A stretch of 64,000 nucleotides of DNA, taken from Tubiluchus corallicola (lineage: Eukaryota > Animalia > Priapulida). Positions 42,101 to 53,990 of the stretch are shown here, piece by piece (the first letter of the stretch is position 1; each line of letters starts with the position of its first letter). The DNA is taken from assembly GCA_030141605.1 (NCBI GenBank), contig JAQGDQ010000305.1, positions 1 through 64,000 of the forward strand. The letters are read 5' to 3'. Under the pieces are notes generated by a model. That model was not told the DNA's origin. It made no database searches and saw only the letters and a list, made by a program, of their open reading frames with translations. A program made the position numbers and the translations under genes.

Positions 42101-45100
42101 AAACAGATAATGGTTAAAATGAGCAAAAATCAGAAAATAAGTATATGTATACAATATATAATCCTAAACAAGGCAGCAATTACTTATTGGTAGTTTTATC
42201 CTTGTGAATTGGGTCCTGTATGAGAACTACATCAATTAGAGAAAAGTAACCACTGCAGTTGCAATCTCAGCTATGTTATGCAGTAGAACTGGGCCTAGAA
42301 AGGGTGGTACTACGGCGTTGGCTAATGTCGTTTAGGCATGCAGAGTTACTGACATCCTTCGTTCTCTGAATTTTGAGTGCTAATCTGTATGTTTCATGTA
42401 TGTCTCTGTAAACAGTCTCTAGCAGCAAGATTTATCGTCATATGTTATTGTGGACAGTTTAATTACACATATGTAGGTAAATTATATAATTAATTATTAT
42501 CCAGACTTGTTGACGACGTTTTAATTACTCTACGTTTAACAAGTAAAAAACAGATGTCAGAAAACCAAAAATTAATGCCCGTTTAATGTTTGGCAAATTA
42601 ATGCCCATTTCGTTAAGAATCATTTTTCATAAATTGTGTAGGTTAACCTGCGGTCACACATTTAAATATGGCCCCAACAATGACCAAAACGGTCAGTAAA
42701 TGGCATGAGTTTGAGTGCATGATATTACTGAGCTGCAAAATAAAGCTTATATTGTAATATTTAAATTATTAATAATTTGACACATTTGTATGCAAATTAA
42801 TTCTTGACAATAATGCAGTCTTGTATATAGACAGCCAAGCAAATTAAGAAATTTATCAGACAGGTGGTCTGTTTAAATGTGTTCGCTGTCACATGTTATG
42901 TTATTAAATTGCCATAACGAAAATTATTTCAGTTGTTGTTTGTACCCAGATAGTTACCCATGCGAGACTAAATGCGAATAGGGACCACTTCTGGGTATTT
43001 GTTAGATTGTTAGACTTACTAGGGCGTTCTGAAATAATGAGTTAGTATACAAGTGTAACTCTTTGAACACATGTGAAAGTAGCAAACAAACCTATTGAAA
43101 CTCGTTTAACGTTCTGACGCGTTCAGTACTACAGTGTCAGTGTAGTTACATTGTAATAGTATAATAGCTAGGTGTACAAAAGGTGTTTTCAAATAGCTAT
43201 TCTAAACTTCGTTAAACGAGTTTATACTGGGAAGATGTGGACGTATAACATCATATGGATAGACCTTCGCGCAGCCGGATTTGAGTAAGTTGTAAAAAAA
43301 TATTATCGTATGGGTTCACATCTGAGGGTGGAGGCAGAAAACTTGTTATTGCAATTTTCTATTATTCTTTTGTAAAAGTTTCTACTATGCTTCTATAAAT
43401 CGTTAAAAAGGCATTTCCCTACTTTTTTCAGTTTTGTGTCTTTCCCTTCTTTGCTCCCCTTTCTCGTTCTCTATCTCTCTCTCTCTCTTCCCCCTCACCT
43501 CTCTTTCTCTGCCTCCTCCTTATTATCTCCCCTCCCCTTATCTCTTCACAGTAAAAATTCACAAGCCATAACCATTCTACTCTTCCTCCGTTTCTTTAGT
43601 TAACACAAAAGAATAGAAAATTGTGGAAACTTCAACAGCCTGGCGCCTACTTCCTTTGTTGTTAAGTCACAGTCATTAAGTTGTTACTTGGACAGGTTTT
43701 AATTTGTTTTCTCTGTAAACACCTGTACAAGGTAATATCGCGGCGGTACAGGTAAATGTAAATTTGAGCAAAGTTAGTGAACCCAGTGATAAAAAAACAG
43801 AACAATTTAGCTTGTTAATGGTTTAAAAAGCATCCGTGAGGTCACAAAAAAGGGAACAATTATATGGACCAAAAGCAAAATTACCATACGTTCAAGAGAC
43901 TATACAGGTCTTTGAGGCCCGCGATTGTGTGCTTCAATTGTTAACGTAACTAATTTGGTCGTTCAAATAATAATTTTATGACGCAAAAGTGCAGGTGTAG
44001 ATATCGCGGTAATTAAATCGGTAGATAAATGCTTAGAAAAGTACTAGAACCTGTTGCCGGCTACGCGTGTACCCGCCCACTACTGACGGAATGGTCGAAG
44101 ATCTAGCTTAGCGGTGCTGAAATGAAAATACACTGTCCCAGAGACAGAATGAACATTGTGGCTTTATACTAGAACTTTACAACTGAAGTGTTTGAAGAGC
44201 ATTGCACAACAGGAACAGGAAATTAAAATCTGAAATTTCAAGAGTTAATAACTGACAAAAAGTTACAATGTCGAGAAGAAGATGGATTCAATGTGAAGAC
44301 GGCTGGCGTCGGTATGAAATGCTGATGTCAAGAGTTTGGCTGCCTTTCAAAGTTTTGTTTTTCAGTGAACACTTTGAGAGAAAGCATTCCAGCGCAGTCA
44401 TATATGATCGAATACTAAATAATTATTATGTAGGATTGTGAACTACATTTTAAGCAGCAGTTGTTTCGGTGACAAAATAATGATATGTATTCTGAGTACA
44501 TAAAGCAAACAAGAAAAGTGTGACCATATCTTAGGATAAAAAAGTGCTGTGCAAGTTGTTATATTCTAACATATGAATGATTCGTGAAATGTTTTATTTT
44601 TGTAAATATGGCGATTGATCGATTTGGATTTATATTCACTGTGATTGTGGCACAAGAGTTGTTTTAATGCTGTTTCTTGCAGAGTGACTGAGAAGTCCCA
44701 AAAGGCAGGCAAAATGAATGAGATAACGAGTACAGATCTTCGCCATGCTTGTAACCGGATGTTCATCAGCTCTCCTTCTAATAGAAACAATCAGATAACC
44801 TCAACAAATAATCAAGTAAGTATATCATTTTTTGATATGATATGTGACAATGTTTTTTCATTTACATTGACAAATTTCAGTGATATTTTTAGATTAAAAA
44901 TTATATTAACTTGCCGAATGTTACTCAAATTTTGTGGAACTCTTGCACTGCAATTGTATCTAATGCACTCAGATAATGTCCTTTTATAAAATGCTTCTAT
45001 ATTCATTTTAAAGACTGTCACTATTTAAAGACACTGTCTCTTTTAAATATGAATTCTATTTGTACAACACTTGGAGTGAGTAGGATATTTATCGCGTAAA

Positions 45101-48100
45101 ACATTTCCAATTTTAATAACACTGCTATTTAGTAGTCGTGATATATTTGCATATGAGCCGTACTGGCTTACTGAAGGGGAAAACCACCTACCTGGTTTTT
45201 TGTTCGAAGAAATTCGTCAGGTGTTGAATTATATGCTCACTAACTAATTAATGTGAATATTCTTATAAATTATGACAAACAAATATTTATCAGTTGCACT
45301 GTTATAATATGTAATGCGTGCGAATAAAATTGTAAACATATTTACAGTAGGTTTATTATAATTTTCATTAAAATACTGACATATCTTAGTCCTTGTTCCT
45401 TGGTAGTTTTTTCAGGCCGTCAACCCAGCATTTCTACCAGATGAAGAACATTCTAAAGGTGGGCAAAATCTCTCATTGAATGCTAACAGCAAACTATACC
45501 ACAATCAAAGTCCGGTGATGTCTGCACGCAATCAACAGTCCAATTTGCCAACTCAACACATGAAATCATCAAACCAACATTCCCGCTCTGGCAGTCAGGG
45601 ATTCAATACAGATATCCAGGAAACCTTCCATAATAAAACAGCATCGCTGCCACGACAAAATGGCCATGTCCACTCTTACATGAACTTGCAACAAAATCCA
45701 CATGCGGCAAGTCTTCGCGCTCCCACACCTACTCCTTATTCAAATAATTCTTCCCACAAAAATGGACCAGATCATGGAAGTTCTGCTATTGTTAATGGGC
45801 ATGTGCCACGACTTCAAACCCACAAGTATTTCAATGAAAGGAGTGGATCGGAACCACCAAAAGTTTCTCCCAAACCCAACCTCGACACACGCAGTGGTCA
45901 CATACAAACTGGGATCGTTTATCCCAAGCCTCAGCAACCCTCGCCCCGATCTCTTACACGCAATGAGCCTTTAAGAAGATCCACAAATGACTATGATAAA
46001 GTCGTCAGTGATAACAATGTGAAGAATCTGTCAAATGTACATATTCCAAGTGGTCGTATTCCTACACCGCTAGCACTGATTATGAAAAGCCATGGAAAAG
46101 GGATAGATAAGCCATCACAGAATCGAAGGTATTCAGAAGACAGTGAAACCGAGGGATCTTCTTTAACACCACCACTTCCACCATTGTCTGCAGATGAGTC
46201 AAGTTATCTCTCTGAGGTAGAATCGGGAAGACCAAATAGTCACCATGATTCCAGGTATGGTATAAATTGAAAATATAAAGATAATTATATGTACCTTAAT
46301 ATGAGTGAATACAAATTTTAAAAGAAATGAAGCAAGGAAGTTCATTTTAAATGAATAAAATGTGGTGTGGCATTTTCAGTGACAATCAGATTGGTTGTTT
46401 CATCTCACTTTTATACAACTGCTGCTAACTACTATCATCTACAAACAAACTCAAGCATTAACTCCGAGATTAAAAATACCATGTTATTGTTTTATAGTGA
46501 ATCTTGTTATTCGATATGTAATGGAAAACAGCTACTGGTACTAGTGCAGCACTTACACAGAAATGCACTGGATTAAATCAGTAGACACTATATATACAAA
46601 ATTCGACGTTAAAGTTATAGCAAATTTTTACGTGCTTACATTTACATACAAAGATTATAGCTAGAGTTGTGGTATTTCTGAGCAAACTGCAAAAGTATGG
46701 TACTAAACTGATGACAGGTACTTTAAATGGAAAAAAATGCACAGGAATATGTCAAACTATTCACTTTTCCTTTGCCATTACGATCTTGCAGCTTAAAAAG
46801 ATTGTATTTAGAATATCAGCTGATGCAAATCACATCAGCTATAACTGGCGTAGCTAAGGCAGCTGTCACATTTTGCCAAATTATTTTTCTTAGTGATTTT
46901 TGGTTGTTAGATGGCTTTTAACAGAGGTCATTATATGGACAATATTACAGGTTGACTCCTGACCTGTTAGACGCGATGCCACGGAAAGACAAGAGCAAGA
47001 AGGTAAAACGAGCACCAAGTGTCACTACTGGCAACAAGAAATGGACAGGAGGTGAAAAGTTGAAGAAAAGGAAAAAGAAGCGATCACACAATGTCAGTAA
47101 GTGATCTTGCTCATCTAGTTGTTCGCTACAGTTCTATTTTTGTTGCTTCTCAAACAAGCACTCATTTAAAGATCGATAAAGTGATATTGCTGAGAGTGTA
47201 AAATTGTGCAAGAACTTTCAAAGCTGTTCACACTTGCAAGTTTGCTCTAAGAGAGAACTTGCACAAGAACTTGTGAGAGAAAACTCTCTAGTCTGAATGC
47301 ACCTTAAGGTATAACCTGCAGATTGTAAGTAGAACAGCCATGAAGTTTATACCAGATTTGCACCAGCAAATCTAACTTGAACCCAAACTAGGTTCTTCTA
47401 ATCCAAAATTTATTCAATGCAGTTTTCGTACCATCACCTACAGAGTAAAGTAAACAGTGCTTTCCATCTAAAAACAAATTGAAAAAATACTAGATAAGAA
47501 TACACATTTAGGCTTTTGTTATTCTGCAAAATTGTTGTTATTCTCAATCTGAGAAAATAAAAACATGATTTTACTTGTATTTTTTTAGGTGCAACAAGTC
47601 TGAACAGCGGCTCTGCTAGTGCTGACCAACTAAAAATAGACTACACGTCTGACGAAGAAGAAGAAAGTAGCGACAGCAATTACACCAGTGGTGTGGAATC
47701 AAGTGAAGTGAACGGACTCCGCAAGCAGATTGAAGGAATGGAACTCATGTACTGGGAACTACTTAAAGTAATTATAAAAACATTTGGTAGCCCTTCTTTA
47801 ACAGTCAATAAAAAGTGTTTTATTAAAAGTAGGCATGATTTTTTTATTACTTCTCTCAAGAGTTATTATTCTGCATTTGTCCATTTTGTTTACTTACAAA
47901 CAATGCCAAAATCAATGGGATAAGTGAACGTTTTAGTCATTGCTCCAAATACTAAATTTTGCAGACGCTTGGTGTAAAGAATGAAGTGATGGAGAAAATC
48001 CAAAACAATGTGAGAAATACGCAGATACAGCAAGCAGGGAAGAAGGGAAAGAAGTCAGCACTGGTACTGCAACACCAGCGAACTAAGGACGTCAGGTAAG

Positions 48101-51100
48101 GAAGCTTTACGACAGGGGTGTGCAAATTATTTAACTGGCCGGGCCAACATTTACATTCCCGCAATTCCTGTGGGCCGCATGCAGTTTGGTCAAGGAGCCA
48201 AATACAGTAGGACCTAATAACCATTTTTTGCATCCGATCTGCGCACATCATTACTCCTGCACTACTACACTCAAGAAACTATTTTAGAAGTTATTAAAAT
48301 TTATATTAAAAACCATATATTTCTACTTTCACGAAAGATAGTGGTAATTTCATTACAATGCATATTAGTAATGTGTTTCACACAGTCTGTGTAGTACAGT
48401 GCATATTAACCAGCCTTGACTCGATGTTCTTCTTCAATCTTCCTCTTTTTTCTTATCCATGATTCTGATCTATAAGAACACTACACCTGGTGAAAAGATG
48501 AAACAACCACTAGTGAAGCGTGTACTACTGAGCCTAAGCTGAAACTAAAATCTGGGAATCTCGCTATATCAGGGGTGACCACACTTTTTCAGCTTGCTGG
48601 CTACTCACAAATTGGTCTGCCCAGTCGTCTTCTTGGTCATAGTAGGTAGATCATTTTGACTTGGTTATTTTATAATTTATTTTGTAAAATACCCAAGTCA
48701 AAATGTTCTATGTGCTATGACCAAGAAGACGACTGGACAGATCAACAGGCCCGATAATAGAAGCCTAGAGATTGGCTAATTGGTCTTCCTACTAGCCAAT
48801 CAGATTGCTTCTCGCATTTCTTGCACATTTGAGTGTTTGAATGGCGGCTTCCGTGATAGTTTGCTGTGTTCTGTGATTACATCGCTTTTTTGTGTTCTAA
48901 GTGAGCAACGTTAAATTTCGTTATGTCCGACAGTGACATTAAGTGACAACGGTCTTGTAAGGTTTAATGCCATCCGATCTAGAGGAAAAAACTACCCGCA
49001 CTATCTTTGCGATATTGGCGCGGACTTCAGCTGGATCGCGTGGGCCGCACTTTCATTACGCTGACAAACCTCTTCGCGGGCCGCACAAGATCTCTCGGCG
49101 GGCCGCAGTTTGCACACCCCTGCTTTACGACAATAAGTATTGAGCCAAACTCACACTAAATAAAGTTGGGAAACTCATTTTTTCTAAGCACTTTGAACTC
49201 ATTTAATGAAGCTGAGAACTAAGCCTACTCCATTAAAATACAACGTTTGATTGATTGATTGCTATTTATTTCAATATAAAAAAGCCATAAAACATTCAAT
49301 CAAAATTTACAATGGGTGAAACTATACTAAAAATACAGAAATTATTGCATATAGAAAATGTGAGTCAGTGACTTGAAAACACTTAAAATTTACAATGTCA
49401 TCAAGAAGTTAAGACTATATACTACAATTTAAAAAATTTCAATTTAAAATACACAGTAGAGTACACTGTAAAGAGTAAAGAATTATTATCGAAATTAAAA
49501 ACTTGCTGCCTCAGACAATAATAGCATTTTCTTCTCAAATGCAAGAAATGCGGTAGACGAAGGATAACACACATAGTAGTAGATGTACCGCAATCAAACC
49601 AAGCAAAAATAGTTCAAGAATGCCATTATTATAATGTGGAGTCCTCAGCTTTTACGTAAATGTGTACGATTGCTTGTATGGAGAACTTAACAGTGAAACA
49701 AATTTCTCTACATAACTACCTTTTTGTATAGGGCTGTGAACAGACGCTTCTCAAGACTGGAATCTCACGTTGTTACATTGGCTCGAAGTGTGGCGCATCT
49801 TTCTTCAGAAATGCGTTCGCAGAATCTTATTGTAGAGGACATGGAGACGATGAAGAAGGAAGTACGAGAGTTGACAAAGTATGTGAAGCCTCGCGGACAC
49901 CGCGCAGGTAGACGTCATGACATGGAGAACTTCCGACTTATCCTTCCGGGTCTCACGAATCCACATCGTGTGGAAAAACTTGCAAAGTACGTTAAAAAGT
50001 TAGAATGTCTGAAAATTAGACATAGTTGATTAGGAGAATTCTCACACAATATGAAAAATCTTTTATATAGATAATGCTGCCATACAATTTGCAATAAGCC
50101 TTTTCACAGGTCCAGTGACTGATGATGATTGTGAAAAGGTCAAAGGTCACCAGGCAACGCATATGTATATTCTTGGCAACGTCTTGCAGCCAATACTATT
50201 GTAATAGTAACAGTTTTAACAGCTAACTAGAACCTTACCTAGTTCATTTTTCTTGTTCCCAATCTAGATCATTCTAGTAAATCACTCTCCACAAACACTA
50301 ATGCATAATTAAGTAAAGCCCATGTAAAATAATTGTACCTGTACTGATGCAACAGATGGCTTTGGTTTACCCACATGTCACGTGATACTTGTAGTTAAGA
50401 CAGTTTCTGTGGTACACTTAACATTTATGGCTGTCTTATTATCTGATTATGGGAAAAGTATTTCAATTCTTCCTACTTGATTAAAATACTTCACTGCTAA
50501 ATATTAACGAAAAAAGACCAAAGCCAAATCGTCAACTAGTACCCTACATCTCTTTGCATGTTATTGGCTGCCACAGTATATTACACAAAGTGATGAGAAC
50601 AAATTTCTTCTTAAATAGCTATAAGCATAATCAGCATTGGTGTTTGAAGCATAATGTTATTAGAACATTTGCTTGAAGGAACATTTTGTGACTAAGCATT
50701 TGTCAAGCGATTAACAATTAACAAACAAACAACATTCAGACTCACCTCCATAAGCTTGAGAGAAAGATGCTGAGTGCCTTTATAGCAAACTTTGACATAT
50801 CTTCAGTTGATGAGGTATCGGATAAATGAGAATTGTATAAAGGCCATACCGTACTAAAAATCCTGCAATCATCAAGTCTACATATAATTAATTTTGTGCA
50901 ATTATTTTTAGGTTTTTTGGTGAGAAACCTCCTTTGCTGCACATGTTCTTGAAAAAGCTAGGATATGAGGTATGTGAAGTATCAGCAAAATAGGTATTTC
51001 ATAATATACTACCACCATTAATATTTATTGTCAACTTTATTCATTAGGCCTATGTAAAAAACAAATGTGTAATATAAAAAAAATCGATGCATTAATTTCA

Positions 51101-51770
51101 ATAACCTGAGTGAAAAAAGACATACAAATAGCAAAATGTGTAGTGAAATGTGTGACAGTCCAATTCGCGTGACAGGTCAAGTGATGATGCCTGATAAATC
51201 AAGAACAGTGTAGAGATATTCATTTGCGAAGTAACTCTGTAAAGAGGTTTGTTTTGCTGTGATGCGTTGTTCTTCATGTGACACAAAACTAAGCATATGC
51301 TCATCACAATGTGTATTTTAAATTTCACAAAAAACGAATCTCTTGGCAAAGGTAAACATTTGGTGTTCTAAATGACATGTTCTAGGCAGTTGGGCATTAA
51401 AGTTTGTTGCCAAAGTTTGTATCTTTTACAAGTACATACATGCGTGTGTGCATGCAGCTAGTAACTAATGGTTTGTATTCCGGACTACATATACTTACTT
51501 AAACAATTGGACGCGTATCCACCCTTATGTCACGCAAAAATGTTAGGTACTGTAATTTCGTTTTTATTTATATTGTTTTAGCATTACATTCCAAACTTTG
51601 ACATGGAAAACATATCGATGATAGAATTGCCTTACATGGACGACCATCAACTGGAAAAAATTGGGATTCCTTTGGGACCTAGAATGCGCATTTTGCAGGA
51701 AGCTCAACTTTCTTTGCAACAGGATAATGACATGGGTCCCACGCTTTCCAGTAATGTTTACTTCATTTAG
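18172..51770 (+). CDS. Gene span: CH domain + disordered linker + coiled coil + SAM domain scaffold protein, 17 coding exons, ~1191 aa
   Basis: All junctions are GT-AG and phase-compatible; summed CDS 3576 nt. The linker junction 23661/25058 is the least certain, so two adjacent genes are not excluded. Confidence 0.7.
18903..18963. repeat. (GCA)n microsatellite, intronic
   Basis: Directly visible. Confidence 0.85.
20300..20510 (-). mobile_element. Decayed piggyBac-like transposase C-terminal Cys-rich domain
   Basis: KKLKTQRKWMRSEYWCNTCNTAFLFYHCFKRVRT resembles piggyBac R.ET.YWC..C..ALC...CF..YHT; upstream frameshifted ITATEKFVKK resembles RLTGRHF.EK. Confidence 0.5.
20737..20851 (+). CDS. 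CH-SAM exon 2: CH domain N-half (AQITWVNSLLEKSKRKCISDLCKMMADGSFLPKILEIV)
   Basis: cttag| and |gtaagt; W-V-N...DL...DG..L..I.EI calponin-homology signature. Confidence 0.85.
21303..21428 (+). CDS. CH-SAM exon 3: CH domain (TCDKMPEIKEKPGQREEKLHNLHSCLIFLKKKGVDLSDVTAE)
   Basis: ttttcag| and |gtgagt, phase 1-1; KL.N...CL.FL...GV.L motif as in NAV/sickie/DIXDC1 CH domains. Confidence 0.85.
22056..22330. repeat. (TACTAT)n/(TACTGT)n hexanucleotide array
   Basis: Directly visible; source of the poly-VT and poly-L ORFs. Confidence 0.95.
22394..22458 (+). CDS. CH-SAM exon 4: CH domain end (NIANGEMTPILTLLHNIRLVYD)
   Basis: aatttcag| and |gtaagt; resembles CH terminal DI..G....ILGLL..I. Confidence 0.85.
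22989..23661 (+). CDS. CH-SAM exon 5: Pro/Ser-rich region (may read through to the stop at 23732 as an alternative last exon)
   Basis: ttttttag|ccagag is in frame with ORF 23034-23732; donor cag|gtaaac, phase 1. Confidence 0.75.
24049..24496 (-). repeat. Dispersed ~330-bp repeat, copy B (inverted relative to copy A), with (TAT)n tract
   Basis: Reverse complement of 17590-17917; (TAT)n at 24049-24168. Confidence 0.9.
25058..25146 (+). CDS. CH-SAM exon 6 (DIRKCGSDDHVSSGGKLEKRLSKSEGYIPE)
   Basis: Strong polypyrimidine tract then three AGs (25047, 25053, 25057); the third is phase-compatible with exon 5; donor gag|gtacaa. Confidence 0.55.
30809..30907 (+). CDS. CH-SAM exon 7 (MPSAEKMPESPSIEDRLKSLFAQQEHNSHSEKQ)
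   Basis: tcttacag| and cag|gtagag, 99 nt, phase 0-0, begins with ATG. Confidence 0.7.
34542..34673 (+). CDS. CH-SAM exon 8 (VQEKPKAKTTMSMGPPKPPRSPS...TSYK)
   Basis: gttttag| and |gtgagt, 132 nt, phase 0-0; PPKPPR SH3-ligand-like motif. Confidence 0.7.
36088..36105 (+). CDS. Candidate alternative start exon (MATITK) splicing to exon 9
   Basis: Acceptor tctttgcag| at 36020, Kozak caccATGg, donor aag|gtcagc phase 0, matching exon 36842. Confidence 0.4.
36842..36984 (+). CDS. CH-SAM exon 9 (PSQHAQKAQGPRGER...YLYDLDICTCGLAQNHE)
   Basis: gttttcag| and |gtaagt, phase 0-2. Confidence 0.7.
44268..44311 (+). CDS. Candidate alternative first coding exon (MSRRRWIQCEDGWR) splicing to exon 10
   Basis: acaATG, donor cg|gtatga phase 2, matching the phase-2 acceptor at 44683; CpG-richer upstream region 44000-44120. 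Confidence 0.5.
44683..44815 (+). CDS. CH-SAM exon 10 (VTEKSQKAGKMNEITSTDLRHACNRMF...NNQ)
   Basis: tttcttgcag| and |gtaagt, phase 2-0. Confidence 0.75.
45407..46254 (+). CDS. CH-SAM exon 11: large low-complexity Ser/Pro/Asn/His-rich exon
   Basis: Contains ORF 45476-46270; in-frame acceptors at 45406 or 45415; donor ag|gtatgg phase 2; PPKVSPKP and LTPPLPPLS motifs. Confidence 0.85.
46951..47096 (+). CDS. CH-SAM exon 12 (LTPDLLDAMPRKDKSKK...KLKKRKKKRSHNV), basic NLS-like patch
   Basis: attacag| and |gtaagt, phase 2-1. Confidence 0.7.
47589..47767 (+). CDS. CH-SAM exon 13 (acidic patch, then LRKQIEGMELMYWELLK helix)
   Basis: ttttttag| and |gtaatt, phase 1-0. Confidence 0.8.
47965..48095 (+). 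CDS. CH-SAM exon 14 (TLGVKNEVMEKIQNN...QRTKDVR)
   Basis: ttttgcag| and cag|gtaagg, phase 0-2. Confidence 0.8.
48113..49122. mobile_element. Non-autonomous hAT (Charlie-like) element, 1010 bp, intronic
   Basis: TIR caggggtgtgcaaa / tttgcacacccctg; perfect 8-bp TSD ctttacga (48105-48112, 49123-49130); subterminal gggccgca repeats. Confidence 0.9.
48612..48745. repeat. ~134-bp palindrome inside the hAT element
   Basis: ccagtcgtcttcttggtcatag...cattttgacttgg.tatttta / taaaatacccaagtcaaaatg...ctatgaccaagaagacgactgg. Confidence 0.85.
49732..49986 (+). CDS. CH-SAM exon 15: coiled coil (AVNRRFSRLESHVVTLARSVAHLSSEMRSQ...DMETMKKEVREL...TNPHRVEKLAK)
   Basis: tttgtatag| and aa|gtacgt, phase 2-2; heptad pattern F..LE..V..LA..V..LS. 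Confidence 0.88.
50912..50969 (+). CDS. CH-SAM exon 16: SAM helix 1 (FFGEKPPLLHMFLKKLGYE)
   Basis: atttttag| and gag|gtatgt, phase 2-0. Confidence 0.88.
51582..51770 (+). CDS. CH-SAM exon 17: SAM domain and C-terminus (HYIPNFDMENISMIELPYMDDHQLEKIGIPLGPRMRILQEAQ...SNVYFI*)
   Basis: gttttag|; L..LG.E.Y...F..E.I....L......L..IGIPLGPR..IL SAM signature (USH1G/SEC23IP-like); stop TAG at 51768-51770. Confidence 0.9.
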   Translation, partial: HYIPNFDMENISMIELPYMDDHQLEKIGIPLGPRMRILQEAQLSLQQDNDMGPTLSSNVYFI

Positions 51771-52487
51771 CACAGATGGCAGCACGGACTATAGTAAAGA
51801 TATGTTGTCAGCTTGCTAGTACTAGTTAGACGAATTTTATTATTTTGTTTGTGTGAATGCTTTTACATTGCATTTATAAATGGATCAGTTGTTTACTAGT
51901 AAGCAGTATATCAAAGACATACAAATTACAGTGTATTTATGTTAACTGTAAATCTTAATTTCACGTTATACCACGCATGTTTGTGTGCAAACTTCACAAA
52001 AATTCTTGTAAAAGTCTTTTGTGACTACATAATGCATCTGGAAAATGTTATGTTGTAATATCAAAAATAATAATAATAATGATAATGAGCACAGCTTGTA
52101 TAAAGCGATACTACATTTTTTAATATTACTTTTAAATATAAGTATGTAATCTATGTATATACACTGTATAACTATATCAATACTCAGTTTCTTCTCCCAG
52201 TCTGTTTCAAATTTAGACCCAATTTGCCTTTTTTGTATAAAATGACCTGCTAATAAGTGTGAATTTTTTATATATGGTGCTTATTCTTATTGGATTTACC
52301 TACTATTGATTGTTTTCTATAATAACTGTATAATAAATTTATATTAATGTCAATGTGTTGATTGACTACTGTGTGCGAGAATGCGTGTGTGATAGTCTCA
52401 TACATGCATAGAGGTTGTTCCATGTTCCAGGATTCAGTTTTTATATGGTGAGAAAAAATGAGTTTACAAAAAGTTTTAAAAAGTTCA

Positions 52488-52660
52488 AGAGTTTAGGAAA
52501 AGTAAATTCTAGGAAAAGATCAGCAATACAATACTAAATGTTCTGTATACATGTAAAGTTTGTCTACCTGTACAAATTTATCAAACGTTTATAGAGTTTA
52601 AAAAAGTAAACTCTAGAAAAAGATCAGTTAAACAATATTAAACGGTCTGTCTACATGTAC
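52488..52660. repeat. Diverged tandem duplication (~105-bp period) in or near the CH-SAM 3' UTR
   Basis: agagttta..aaagtaaa.tctag.aaaagatcag...caata.taaa..gt.ctgt.tacatgta occurs twice. Confidence 0.6.
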
Positions 52661-53892
52661 TTCTCAGATGTTTTGAAATAAATATTACAATTTCAAATAC
52701 ATTCAGATGGCTTCCCTTATGACAATAAGATATAGAGCAATAATGGCTTCAGCTTAACAAGTTGCAGCTGCTACTACTATCAGTTACAGTAGTTGTTGCT
52801 TTAAATACCCCCCTAAATGACATTATTTTTTACCAGTTTTAGTTGACAAAATGCTTATGGATGTAATGACATTAATTTTTGTCTCTCTTCTGTTGCTGAC
52901 AAAGAACACACCATCCTCCTGACTAAGCAGTTTAAATCAGGGCAAATAAGAGCAAAGTGGGGGTGATTTTTCACTGATACAGTGATACATTTACTAGAGT
53001 GCTGCACAATGCTTATATCTCACTTGGTGGATGTGGAAGATCTTGACACAGAGATAAGGGAAAAAGATCCCAACATAAGTCAATGAGAAGACAGCTACAC
53101 AAAGATGGTGACTCTTTATAGTGACACCAGAAAAACTTTCACATTGTTGATATAATTGATATCTTTGCACCATTTTATGACAGTGACAGATCATAAAAGC
53201 TATAAAAACATTTACAGAGGGAGTTTTGGTAATACGAAATACTAAATGGAATCACTAGATCGATCTTAAATTCGCAACATTGGAATCATTAGATATCTTT
53301 TGAAATTGTAACACCAGATCGCAGCTAGTGTTTTTTTTGCTTGCAATTAAGTAATTAGTACTGTTTAACTTTTCATCAAGTAAGTAAAAAATGTACATAT
53401 ACGCATGCAAGCAGTGCAATGTAGGTGCCATAAAATGTTTGCTGAGTCATAATAAATCTGACTGAGAAACAATGAATTTCAAAAGATCAGAAAAATCACA
53501 CGAAACACAAAACGTGTCCGGCGCAACCCACTCAAATGGGCATAGCACTGCATACAAGACTTACTATATTAGGCGCCAATTAGTACTCACTTTGACATGA
53601 AAGTACTGAAAGGTACAAAAAAGCTTTATTCCTTACTGCTTGTTCACCTGTCATTGATTTTTCCTTTTACTGAGGTTAGTCATGTGCATGTTGTTGATCA
53701 CAGCTCAAGTCCTGTTTAGTAAATGTTAAACTGTATACTTATAGATTTAAACGTTTTTCAATCAGCTTAACATGTACGTTTTACCACTTGCAAATGCTGT
53801 ATATTAAATGTGTTTATGGGAAATTTTTACCTCTTTCAGTTTTCAATATTTTTTATTCAATATTTCAGGTTTTGCTGAATTATTGAATAAAG

Positions 53893-53990
53893 TAAACTGA
53901 ACTATGCTAAGCTAAGCTGAACTGAACTGAGCTAAGCTAAACTAAGCTAAGTGAAGCAAAGCTAAGCTAAGCTAAGCTAAACTAAATTAA
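53893..53990. repeat. (GCTAA/ACTGA)n pentanucleotide microsatellite
   Basis: Directly visible. Confidence 0.85.

Noticed and set aside
44645-44682. WHKSCF, LIM-domain-like motif
   Set aside because: Lies upstream of the acceptor at 44682 (intronic) and the other LIM Cys/His ligands are absent.
50118-50145. CTGATGA...GAAA hammerhead-like spacing
   Set aside because: Stems II and III cannot form.
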